From IMG/VR virus record IMGVR_UViG_3300021185_001231: a DNA stretch of 64,000 nt; one strand, written 5' to 3'. The notes below the pieces were generated by a model. The model saw only the letters and a program-made list of their open reading frames with translations. It was not told where the DNA came from and did no database searches. Numbering within the stretch: the first letter of the stretch is position 1; every line of letters starts with the position of its first letter. The stretch is from a virus. Shown here piece by piece: positions 53,469-62,973 of the stretch. The position numbers and the translations under genes were made by a program.

Positions 53469-56400
53469 TTATGATGGTAATGCAGTACCTACTGATATGT
53501 TGGTACCAATCTTTTGATCGGCGACAGTTCCATAGAATATATCCTGTAGAACACCAGAGTCATTATAACGATATACCGCACCACAATTAGTGATACCATT
53601 GTTATCCGTTTCTTTAGCAGATACTAAGATATATTCACCGAAGACTTCAAAACCACCACTATTGGTTGTAGTTCCATAACCCCACTTTGAAGCAATACCA
53701 TTTGGTATATCTGCCGGTTTAAACTCAATTTCATTGGTCAGACCTTCATCATATAAGAAAATCGAGTACTCTTCTGGGTTATAATGTATTTTGTTTGAAA
53801 CAACTAATTTTCCAGTAGAAGTAACCGCAAAGTCTCTGGCGAACTCATATGTTTCAGTCGAATAAGTTTTAGCCAAACTATGTAAAGTTGCACCCGATGA
53901 ATCAATTACTTCAATAGCGTTTTCTTTACTAACTACAAAGTTATCTCCCCACTTTACAAGTCCCGAACCTGAACCCATTCCTGGCACAGGAATAAACTGT
54001 TCATCCGAACCGTCTGGGGCAAAATGCCATATTCCCTGATCAGCAGAAGACCACTGACTTGTATGACCATATATTCTACCATCAATGAAGTGAATTCCAC
54101 CCCAATCGGTCATGCTCAGTCGACTAAACTTACCCAATGTCGGTGTAATTAAATATGTAGCAACATTACGATCCAATAGATCGACAACAATTATTGAACC
54201 AACTCCTTGAGGATTGTATTCAGGTGCACTAATGAATATCTTTCCTGCTCCAATAACAGCATCATTTGATGAGTCATACGGAGCGGATGGTCCACTTGCT
54301 TTTGCTGAATCAAGGTATGAATCATTAAATGTTTGTTCTAACTGACCAGTAGATTCGTCATAAACTTTAATTTCACCATGTTGGGAAATAGTTACGACTT
54401 TACCTTCTCCACCAACTACCATTTGCGGAGAGTCTAACTGTATAGTGGTAGGATTGCTGAAGTCACCATCCGTCATTACCACACCACCTACATCTGAACG
54501 TCCAACACCACCTTGGTAACTAGCAGCATCTGAACTCCACATGAAGATTTTATTTGATACTAGACCAGATGATGATGGTGCTGGCGGTGCAATGAATGCT
54601 GGTAGTGTGGGAACAGGTGACACACCCATCCCTGTTGTGTAAAAACCATTATGGTCGAATGTAGATCTAGGGTCAACGATAGAAAGTTCTGATCCATTAG
54701 ACGATAAATTAGACCAAGACCACTCAACAGTCTTCATGTTATTTCCTGAAGAACCTTTGTGAGTTGCATAGATTTTATCACCGAAAGATTTAACATGTTC
54801 GCCAAGTCTATCACCATCTGCAACAGACAATCCAGAATTAGATAACTTCGTAAGAGTTCCTAAGTTACCACTAGAGTCCATAGGAATAACAAAAACCTCA
54901 CCTGTAGAGTAATCATCTTCATTAGGGGAAGACGTTGGTGCACCAATCACGACACCCTTGTCAGATACGTATACAGATCGTGGCCAGGCCGCAAATTTAC
55001 CCCCCCAACCATATTGTCCAATATTCTCAGCGGAGAATTTCTGAATAAAAGAGAGATCCGAAGTATCATAGACATAGAGATCTTCCTTCCTGTTTCCCTC
55101 AGCAAGGTGTCCAATAAACAGTTTACCGTTGTGATATCTTACACAAGAACCGAATTTGTCATTCCAATCTCTATCTGTGTCTGTGTTCAATATTGTTGCG
55201 GTATGTGTGTTAATATTCGAAGATAAGTCCGACACGTCATATACTAGAACAATTCCCGAAATATAGTCTAATGTCCGATATGTCGCTCCATCAACCATTG
55301 AACTCCAACAACCCACATAAAGTTTTTTACTAACAGGATCAATATCAAATGAATTTCCAAAAGACCCAATATGCCATCCACTTAGGTTTGGAGTAATCTC
55401 TATAGGATTAGCGGAAAGATCGGTTAAATCATAAACGTAGATGTTGGTGTCATTGTCGTTTGCCCCTTGGAGAAACAGTTTATCATCCATTACCATCGAA
55501 GTTCCTTCAATCGTGCCGAATCTTTTGGCGGTAGATCCTAAAGGGTGGGAAATAGTTGTTGGGGGAGAGGATAAATCATCCAAAGACCAAATCATTATTT
55601 GGGGTGTTTTCCCACTACTATTAACTGGTGTCGAGGTTTCGTTATGGTAAACAGAATTTCCTACTATGATGTGAGTGTCGGTCAATAGTATAGAAGACCC
55701 TAAGTGTATACCGTAATTGATTCCGGAGTCTGAATACATCACACCTTCTAGAATCGTAACAGGAGCAGACATGTCACTTTGATTATAGATGTACACTCCA
55801 CCAACACTTTGATTGGAAGAATTTTTATAGTGGGGATCTCCTAGAGCCAAATAAGATGTGGTTGTGGATAATGGTGCAATGAATGTTGGACCTGAATTGG
55901 TAATTGTAGTTCCACTTAAAGTAAACTCCCAAACATCTACTTTAGTACCAGAATTACGGGTTCCAGATCCATCTGGTTTGTTTAAGTAGTGCAGTTTTAA
56001 ATCATCTTGGACATAAATTCCATGTTGTGCATAACCACCACCACTCAAGTCTTGTGTGTTAGTTATCAAACCAAGACCAGTAGTCATAACTGGGGTTGTT
56101 AAATCGTCTTTATGATACCAATGAAGTTTTTTCATATGGCTGTTATTATATTGAGCCAAAATGAGTAAATAATCTCCTATGGTCCTAATGTCTACATATT
56201 TCGTGGAATTATTTTGACCATCGTTAAGAGTGCCGATAAGATTGGATACTGTATCAGTAGGTATGTCATAAACAAGTGGAGTATACTCATCATCAATGTA
56301 TGTGAGCATTGATACTTTATCATCACCTAATAAATGTAGACCTCCGTAGGGATAACCTGTCCAATGAATAGGGCCAGAGATACCAGTGTAACGTATTCCC

Positions 56401-57242
56401 CATTTTCTTACTCCAGTATTTTTATCAATAGCAATAACATGTTCCTTACCATCACCAGTATTTGGGAAAGATGTACTACTATTCCAGTCAGCCACAGCAA
56501 CAATAGTATCACCTTTTACATCGAAACCATTATTAAATTTACCATTCATATAACCTGAACCAGCTATATGAGACTCAGACCATGTCGATAATTGTGTATT
56601 GGAAGATATGTCATATCTAGCAATAGCATTATTGGAGGGTAAGTAGATTACATCATCGGATATGTAAATACCGGCCGTGGTTGATGAATTGAAATTAGAA
56701 AACACATACGTACCTTCTACCACACCACTTGATAGATTAACTTTAAATATTGTGGTGGTGTTTGGAGATGTGTATAGAACAGTAGTAACAAAAATATGTG
56801 TCTCAGTTAATATTGTTGATAAGGGCCTGATACGGTTTGTTACACCCTGTCCTCCACCAAGAATATCCGTTGTGTGATTCCAAGCGTAGGTTTTGGTATT
56901 TTTCTCATTTTGATAATAGATATCTAAGTATGAATCTTCATCATTACCACTATTATCCCCAAGAACTGTCCAGTCACCCTTTTGTAAGAAAATAGAACCT
57001 GTTTGGTTTCCGTAATGTAAAAAAGAATAATCATTGATAGTATGACCAGCAGCTTCATCTACTGGATAAAAACCATAACTAGTGTTAAGACTAGGAGGAT
57101 TTGTAGATATATCATCTTGTACTACATACGGTTCCGCTAGTGGTGGCGGTGCAATGAATGTGTCTAGGATGGTATCTGCATCAATACCAGCAATTACCTG
57201 ACCAGCTTGAAATACAGCACCCGCTAAAATTTGATTTGCCAT
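53469..57242 (-). CDS. Large virion-type protein with three beta-propeller-like modules (FG-GAP-like)
   Basis: G.V.VY/IY, D.FG, IGAP blade motifs; modules delimited by FIAP linkers. Confidence 0.7.
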   Translation of the reverse strand: MANQILAGAVFQAGQVIAGIDADTILDTFIAPPPLAEPYVVQDDISTNPPSLNTSYGFYPVDEAAGHTINDYSFLHYGNQTGSIFLQKGDWTVLGDNSGNDEDSYLDIYYQNEKNTKTYAWNHTTDILGGGQGVTNRIRPLSTILTETHIFVTTVLYTSPNTTTIFKVNLSSGVVEGTYVFSNFNSSTTAGIYISDDVIYLPSNNAIARYDISSNTQLSTWSESHIAGSGYMNGKFNNGFDVKGDTIVAVADWNSSTSFPNTGDGKEHVIAIDKNTGVRKWGIRYTGISGPIHWTGYPYGGLHLLGDDKVSMLTYIDDEYTPLVYDIPTDTVSNLIGTLNDGQNNSTKYVDIRTIGDYLLILAQYNNSHMKKLHWYHKDDLTTPVMTTGLGLITNTQDLSGGGYAQHGIYVQDDLKLHYLNKPDGSGTRNSGTKVDVWEFTLSGTTITNSGPTFIAPLSTTTSYLALGDPHYKNSSNQSVGGVYIYNQSDMSAPVTILEGVMYSDSGINYGIHLGSSILLTDTHIIVGNSVYHNETSTPVNSSGKTPQIMIWSLDDLSSPPTTISHPLGSTAKRFGTIEGTSMVMDDKLFLQGANDNDTNIYVYDLTDLSANPIEITPNLSGWHIGSFGNSFDIDPVSKKLYVGCWSSMVDGATYRTLDYISGIVLVYDVSDLSSNINTHTATILNTDTDRDWNDKFGSCVRYHNGKLFIGHLAEGNRKEDLYVYDTSDLSFIQKFSAENIGQYGWGGKFAAWPRSVYVSDKGVVIGAPTSSPNEDDYSTGEVFVIPMDSSGNLGTLTKLSNSGLSVADGDRLGEHVKSFGDKIYATHKGSSGNNMKTVEWSWSNLSSNGSELSIVDPRSTFDHNGFYTTGMGVSPVPTLPAFIAPPAPSSSGLVSNKIFMWSSDAASYQGGVGRSDVGGVVMTDGDFSNPTTIQLDSPQMVVGGEGKVVTISQHGEIKVYDESTGQLEQTFNDSYLDSAKASGPSAPYDSSNDAVIGAGKIFISAPEYNPQGVGSIIVVDLLDRNVATYLITPTLGKFSRLSMTDWGGIHFIDGRIYGHTSQWSSADQGIWHFAPDGSDEQFIPVPGMGSGSGLVKWGDNFVVSKENAIEVIDSSGATLHSLAKTYSTETYEFARDFAVTSTGKLVVSNKIHYNPEEYSIFLYDEGLTNEIEFKPADIPNGIASKWGYGTTTNSGGFEVFGEYILVSAKETDNNGITNCGAVYRYNDSGVLQDIFYGTVADQKIGTNISVGTALPS

Positions 57243-57264
57243 TTGTTTTAAATTCCTTAAATTT

Positions 57265-59079
57265 TTATGCTAAGTCTTTGTCGTGGTTAAGACCACCCTT
57301 TTTCTTCTTTACTATAAACGCATTCACTCTTGCATGACCCCATTGTTCCGGAGTCGTGCCGGGCCTATGGCCAGTTTTCCATGCAGCAACACCTCGTCGA
57401 TATACCTTCTTAAGTGTTGCAACTGATATTCCACTCTTCTTTGACTTGTCTTCAAAAGAAGATTCATTAACATTTTCCATACTATGTTCTTCATTGTACA
57501 TATCTCTGAAAGCCTTAGTGTACTTTGAAGGTTTAGTTTCGGCAGATTTGTCGCCCGGAGCTGGTTTGTATGCAGATGAATCATCGTCCGCTTTCTTACC
57601 ATGCTTCTTAAAATGAGCGTCTCTCTTAGCCTTTGTAGACTTCTTCAATCCTTTATGGTATCGTGCTGGTTGTGTACCTTCACGATCCTTAATATCTGGG
57701 TCTTGTGCTTCGTATTTAATTTGTGGATCAGGAGATTTGAATGCCTTCTTCCGCATAATCGTTTTATTTACAACTTCAAACTCACCATTCTTCCAGTTAA
57801 CCACGACAGGTAAATTTAGGTCAGACTGCATATCCTTTAGGATTGCTTCTCTGTTACCATGTTTCTTTATCTTTTTACCTTTGTTCATCGCCATCTTCTT
57901 AAACAGACGCTGTAGTTCAGCGATAGTAATGGATGGTTTGTTTCTTTTATCATTCATTCGGTCAGCAAAGTGACGAGTAAATTCTATATCAATATCAAAC
58001 TTATTTAGTAGTCTGTCAGCAAATTTCTCTAAGTCATTTAACTCTTTTTGAGAAACTTCTTCCATCATACTCCTAATAGATAATCCCTCAGAAACCTTTC
58101 GTTTCTTTTCTTGCATAGGCGTATCTTTCTTATACTTTTTAACTAACTTATCAGTTCCTTCTTCACCAGCACCAGACTCTTCTGGTACGCAGTCAGGTAC
58201 CATCTTAGCACCTTTCTTCTTCATTCCAACTTGTTTGTAACCTTTCCAACAAGCTTCATCCAGTTTCTCAATCGAATTCAACCACTTTCGGTATTCCTTA
58301 CCGTTAGACTCGACTATAACAAAGTTAGCGCCTAATTGAATAACCTTACCGATTTCTTCAGATTCTTTGATGACAACCATATCACCAACGGAGAATAATT
58401 CTCCACGTACAAACGCTTCTCTTTCTTCTGAAAGAGGAGTAAGTGACACATGATTTCTGAATTCGGTAGTTTCTTTTAGTCCCATACCCGAACGAACATC
58501 GTTAAACAACTTACGTGCGTCCGAATTAGACATAGACTTAGAAACACCTTGAGAGAATGAGACAAAGTCATTCTTTTTGGCGTTCTCTCTTTGTTTAGAT
58601 GCGGACATACCCTCGACACCTTCAGCGTCAGGGTCTCTTGCACCAGCAGAAACAATGTTAATATTCTTAAAGTTGTAGAATCCGTGTCGAGCTTTGACTC
58701 CGTTGTATTTCTTTAGGAGTACATCAAACTCACGAACTCTATCAGCACCGACAATCATAGTTACACTCTTATAACCTTGATCATAAAGAGATACAACCGC
58801 ATCAAATGCTGTCTTGACTTTCTTGTCAATCATGATGTTCCTACCGTGTTTTGGGAACATCTTTCGAATATGTTTTACCTTGTCTCCATAAGAGAGTGGG
58901 TCTTTCTTGGAGTTTTGTGATTGAGACACATATACTTTATAGTCATTCTTACCAGACTTTGCGGCAAGAGTGTCCATGACTTTCCCATGACCAATAGTAG
59001 GAGGATTCATTCTCCCAAACGTAAAAAATACCGATCGTTCTTCTTCAACTAGATATTGAGAAAAATTCTTAATTGGCAT
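57265..59079 (-). CDS. HIGH-motif (cytidylyl/NMNAT-like) nucleotidyltransferase multidomain protein
   Basis: FGRMNPPTIGH, VGADR, MSASK.R; further C-terminal modules. Confidence 0.85.
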   Translation of the reverse strand: MPIKNFSQYLVEEERSVFFTFGRMNPPTIGHGKVMDTLAAKSGKNDYKVYVSQSQNSKKDPLSYGDKVKHIRKMFPKHGRNIMIDKKVKTAFDAVVSLYDQGYKSVTMIVGADRVREFDVLLKKYNGVKARHGFYNFKNINIVSAGARDPDAEGVEGMSASKQRENAKKNDFVSFSQGVSKSMSNSDARKLFNDVRSGMGLKETTEFRNHVSLTPLSEEREAFVRGELFSVGDMVVIKESEEIGKVIQLGANFVIVESNGKEYRKWLNSIEKLDEACWKGYKQVGMKKKGAKMVPDCVPEESGAGEEGTDKLVKKYKKDTPMQEKKRKVSEGLSIRSMMEEVSQKELNDLEKFADRLLNKFDIDIEFTRHFADRMNDKRNKPSITIAELQRLFKKMAMNKGKKIKKHGNREAILKDMQSDLNLPVVVNWKNGEFEVVNKTIMRKKAFKSPDPQIKYEAQDPDIKDREGTQPARYHKGLKKSTKAKRDAHFKKHGKKADDDSSAYKPAPGDKSAETKPSKYTKAFRDMYNEEHSMENVNESSFEDKSKKSGISVATLKKVYRRGVAAWKTGHRPGTTPEQWGHARVNAFIVKKKKGGLNHDKDLA

Positions 59080-59543
59080 TACTTATTACCTTCCTTATTC
59101 TTACTTCCTCGTTTTTTCTCGATCTCTGCACGTCTTACCTTGGGTAATGATTTACGTGCAATTCTATCTATACGATTCTTAAAGGCAGGTTTTTCTAATC
59201 TCTTTTCGATTTCCTTCTTTCTAGCCATTGAAAGGTCAGCTTTAGGAATATCTTTAGTAATTTTTTTGACCATCATGTTTCGCGCTTGTCTTCTAGCACG
59301 AACCTTGAGTTTGTCAATGGATGCCACTTTACGTGCGGCACGTCTTTTACCCATAGCAATTTTAGACTTCATGCGCTTCATCATTCTACCACGCGCACGT
59401 CTCTGGGCAATGTCAAGAACTTCGTTGGTATCTTCTACCTCTTCGTTCTTTCTTTTCTTTGAATTTTTTACTAACTGTTCGTCACCAGTCATGGTGTTAT
59501 CAACAGCAATAAAATCCTTTAATCCTAGAATTTTCTTGGCCAT
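59079..59543 (-). CDS. Highly basic hypothetical protein (start corrected)
   Basis: MAKKILGLKDFI...TNE followed by R/K-rich helices. Confidence 0.75.
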   Translation of the reverse strand: MAKKILGLKDFIAVDNTMTGDEQLVKNSKKRKNEEVEDTNEVLDIAQRRARGRMMKRMKSKIAMGKRRAARKVASIDKLKVRARRQARNMMVKKITKDIPKADLSMARKKEIEKRLEKPAFKNRIDRIARKSLPKVRRAEIEKKRGSKNKEGNK

Positions 59544-59544
59544 T

Positions 59545-60765
59545 TTAGTTCCTAGTTGGTTTATCCCATCCTTTAAGTATATCAGGTGAAAAGTTATTGT
59601 ATGAGAACTCCATACGATCAACTAACTTCACCGCATCACCACCAATTACATCAATAGCTACGTAACCTTCTTCTCCAGTTACCTTGTAACCATTGGGTGT
59701 TTTGACAAATGTGTCAATTTTCTTCAATCTGTTAAGTTTATTTATAAGAATTAACTTCGCAAGTACGATACTTTTTTGTAATTCATACATGCTAATAAGA
59801 GATTTTCTGTTCTGAGGAGAGAAGAATTTTAGTATTTCGTCTAACTTCTTCTGCTGAACACCTTTACCCTTCTCAGTCTTTCTCTTATCTATCTCTTTCT
59901 GGTACTTAGATTCTATCCATTTCAACAATCCTTTTACGTGCATAGAAGTGTCACCTATGATCATTCCTTTGCGCACTAAAGTGTTGTTGTATTGTTCCAG
60001 TAGTTGTGCGAGATCTTGATTACTCTCCAGTTGTCGTAAAGTAGTCCCAGATATCTTATTAAACAGGACTCCACAAGTACTTAGGTGTTTATTAACTTCC
60101 TCAGTTTCCTTCTCATTCATTGTCGCACTAGAGACATCACGCAACATTGCATCCTGTGACCATACGTTTACAGAATTGCGAAATTTCGACACGTCAACAC
60201 CATATGTCGCTCGCATCGACTCAAATGTATCGCCAGTGTATGTTGTGTGCCACACAATACCGATCTTCGCACGAAGTATTTCTTTAGCTTGTTCTACTGG
60301 AACTGCATACGCAATAGTGTTTGGATGAAACACAACATAACTTGTACCGTCAATCTTTTTCTTAGATAAATCTTGTTTTGAAAACAGGAAGTCACCTTGG
60401 ACAACTCCTTTGATTCCTAATTCTGGAAGATACTTTAATGCATCTTTCATCTTTGAAGCCAAGTCTCCAGACATATCCCTATCAATTTCTTCATCTGTCT
60501 TATAAACTTTTGGGTTCTTGGCGAAGATTCCTTTCTTCGCTACAAAGAACTTGCCGTCCGAAGGATCTTGTCCAGCGAACACAGCGGGTGCGCCATCCCA
60601 TTTTACTGAGAGTTTGGAAGATTTCTTCCCAGCCAACATATCTCGCAAACTCCTTAATGCAAAGATAGCCTGACGTGTGCCATTCACACCCCCATAGAGA
60701 ACCTTATCCTCTATGTGGGTCATGTGAGTGTTCTTTTGTTCTGTTATAAATTGATTAAATTGCAT
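59545..60765 (-). CDS. DUF6267-like protein with ATP-dependent ligase/nucleotidyltransferase motifs
   Basis: SVKWDG, VQGD, EGYV, VKLVD. Confidence 0.7.
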   Translation of the reverse strand: MQFNQFITEQKNTHMTHIEDKVLYGGVNGTRQAIFALRSLRDMLAGKKSSKLSVKWDGAPAVFAGQDPSDGKFFVAKKGIFAKNPKVYKTDEEIDRDMSGDLASKMKDALKYLPELGIKGVVQGDFLFSKQDLSKKKIDGTSYVVFHPNTIAYAVPVEQAKEILRAKIGIVWHTTYTGDTFESMRATYGVDVSKFRNSVNVWSQDAMLRDVSSATMNEKETEEVNKHLSTCGVLFNKISGTTLRQLESNQDLAQLLEQYNNTLVRKGMIIGDTSMHVKGLLKWIESKYQKEIDKRKTEKGKGVQQKKLDEILKFFSPQNRKSLISMYELQKSIVLAKLILINKLNRLKKIDTFVKTPNGYKVTGEEGYVAIDVIGGDAVKLVDRMEFSYNNFSPDILKGWDKPTRN

Positions 60766-60773
60766 TTATATAC

Positions 60774-62186
60774 CTAGTATAACTTAGCGAATGGCCCAAA
60801 AAGAGAACCCTTTTTCTGTGCTAAATACCCAATATCACTTAACATATCATTAAGTTTATCACCTTTAGCTTTAGAAAAAATAATATTTAAGAGATCTAAT
60901 TGCATCAACTTACTGTTCGCAACGTCTGAATCAATGGTTTTAAATATTTCTGATACATTGTCGGCAAATTCCTCTCCTGTACGAACCCCTAGATTTATAT
61001 GTCCAGTCTTTTTTAAAGACTCAAATCTAGAAATGTGAACATCTCTTTCTTTATCAAACTCTTCAGAGTTTCTAGGATAATTTTTCCAACTTCTCCATCT
61101 TTGGGGTTCTAATCTATTAGACCTAAAAGCTTGACTAACCATGTCTAAAGGAGCTTTACCCAGTCTAGCACCAGTTGCCGAGATATCTGTAGCCTCAACC
61201 TTGAGGTTATTAAATCCTTTACTGTTCTGTCTAATCTGAAACTTTATAGTTTGTTTACTGGAACCAATTTTTAATGTGGAGTCAGTATTAGTAAAAGTTT
61301 TCTGATTTGATTTTAGAGAAAATAAACATTGTCCCTCATCGAAAGAAAACGAATATTCGTCACCATCAAACACATCAGAATTATCTAGGTTCACCAATTC
61401 CCATCTAGCGTATTTACCAGACATTTTCTTTAGAGAAATACCCACGACAGTTCTATCGTGGAACATGTCTCTGAGAATAAGATTGAATTCTTGTAGACTC
61501 GTAGTATTGTCTTTAATCTTAGAATCTAGAGTTCTTTTTACAGAATTTAAATCTTTAACTAACCAGATGTCAGCTGGGTTCCAATTGTCTTTTTTACTTA
61601 TACCATACAGTTTAGAACATGTTTGTGTAATATAATCCATAAAACCACCATCACGAGAATAGTGACCAAACTTAAATTTACCACCCTTATTGATCTGATC
61701 ATAGGTAGTTTTTTGTTGTTCGAATAGAGTATTCTCCCAATCCTCATTTAAGTTTGGATATATTTCGACCAGTTTATCACGATGTTCACTGAAAAATTTT
61801 GTTCTGTCTGTATACTTTCCGTTCTCCAAAGCCATTTCTATAGAATAAAGAGAGGCAAGTTCTTGCATAGCTGTTGTTTTAGCGTCTGGTTTTCCTGTAC
61901 CACCCATACCACTATACGGAGATTTGTCAATTTTAGTCCAAGTATTGCCATTAAATATTGGTATAAATTTTCCAGATTTTAAAGTGGTTCCTCTCATTGA
62001 GAGATTAACATTTGATATGTTATTATCATTTACACCTTTAATAAATTTCTTTATTTCTTTTGTTATCTCAATCTTTTCTTTGGATCCATTTATAAACTTT
62101 ATTTTGTTTCCTTTTTCGATATCGGAAGCTACCATCTTAAGGTATGGTTTATTAAATTCAGCTTCCTTTCCTCCAAGCGCAGCCAT
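60774..62186 (-). CDS. Putative restriction-endonuclease-fold protein
   Basis: T..QE, WNPADIW, GISLKK (D...SxK variant of PD-(D/E)xK). Confidence 0.5.
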   Translation of the reverse strand: MAALGGKEAEFNKPYLKMVASDIEKGNKIKFINGSKEKIEITKEIKKFIKGVNDNNISNVNLSMRGTTLKSGKFIPIFNGNTWTKIDKSPYSGMGGTGKPDAKTTAMQELASLYSIEMALENGKYTDRTKFFSEHRDKLVEIYPNLNEDWENTLFEQQKTTYDQINKGGKFKFGHYSRDGGFMDYITQTCSKLYGISKKDNWNPADIWLVKDLNSVKRTLDSKIKDNTTSLQEFNLILRDMFHDRTVVGISLKKMSGKYARWELVNLDNSDVFDGDEYSFSFDEGQCLFSLKSNQKTFTNTDSTLKIGSSKQTIKFQIRQNSKGFNNLKVEATDISATGARLGKAPLDMVSQAFRSNRLEPQRWRSWKNYPRNSEEFDKERDVHISRFESLKKTGHINLGVRTGEEFADNVSEIFKTIDSDVANSKLMQLDLLNIIFSKAKGDKLNDMLSDIGYLAQKKGSLFGPFAKLY

Positions 62187-62226
62187 AATTTTATCCTCTA
62201 ACCTAATTGAAGAATGATTATATCAC

Positions 62227-62234
62227 TATTTATA
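62227..62234 (-). promoter_or_regulatory. T4-type late promoter for the internal-protein operon
   Basis: TATAAATA overlapping stop of upstream exonuclease. Confidence 0.7.
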
Positions 62235-62910
62235 ACAAAACGCAAGTAGATTCTTGTTCCTTATTATATTTTGCGATAGTTTCTCTGAGGGGACGAACCC
62301 AATTGTCACGATGTTCGACAAATATTTGTGGTTCATTAGCACCATCAACAGATATGATAGTGACTAACTGAGTGATAGGAAGACCAGTTCTTTCTTCAAA
62401 CATAATAGCATAAGCAGCTTCTTGCATGAAGTAATTGTTAATCCAGGCTTTACGTTTCGGTTTCATTGCAGTTTTAAAATCAATGATAGATAGTTTGCCG
62501 TTGTATTCTGCGATACAGTCAACACGACCAGCAACACCAAGATGGTTGCTGTAGAGGGGTGCTTCTTGCGCATAGACCTTACCAATGTTATCATCTAGAA
62601 TAGACTTAACATCATTTAGGGATGCTACGATATCGGGAGTGTAACCATCCCTGTAGTCAGGATCATTATTAATATACTTCTCAATGATTTCGTGAACAGA
62701 AGTTCCACGAGTAGATGCGCGATAGGATATTCGGTTAGCTTCTTTTTCTCCAACCCTAGCACGCCACTTCGCTATGGATTCTCTACTTAGAATAGATAGG
62801 ACTGTAGTTATAGAAGGTAAGTTTACACCTTCAGGTGTTTCGTACTGACGACCTTTATCGGTAGTTACCGCAGTCATCTCTTTCAATTCAATATCAACAT
62901 GATTGAACAT
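62230..62910 (-). CDS. PD-(D/E)xK exonuclease (Cas4/RecB-like)
   Basis: PSITTVL, RGT..H, AGRVDC, IIDFKT, Q..AYA. Confidence 0.88.
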   Translation of the reverse strand: MFNHVDIELKEMTAVTTDKGRQYETPEGVNLPSITTVLSILSRESIAKWRARVGEKEANRISYRASTRGTSVHEIIEKYINNDPDYRDGYTPDIVASLNDVKSILDDNIGKVYAQEAPLYSNHLGVAGRVDCIAEYNGKLSIIDFKTAMKPKRKAWINNYFMQEAAYAIMFEERTGLPITQLVTIISVDGANEPQIFVEHRDNWVRPLRETIAKYNKEQESTCVLL

Positions 62911-62944
62911 TACAAGTTCTCACTTTAATCATTAATGTAGGGGA

Positions 62945-62973
62945 ATTATAACACACTTTTCATTCATTGTCAA
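62945..62973 (-). promoter_or_regulatory. sigma70-type promoter
   Basis: TTGACA-N17-TATAAT. Confidence 0.85.

Noticed and set aside
59056-59589. 177-aa + strand ORF
   Set aside because: Antisense mirror of the R/K-rich minus-strand gene.
62230-62910. cas4 of a CRISPR system
   Set aside because: No array or other cas genes and no four-Cys cluster; a stand-alone T4-like exonuclease.
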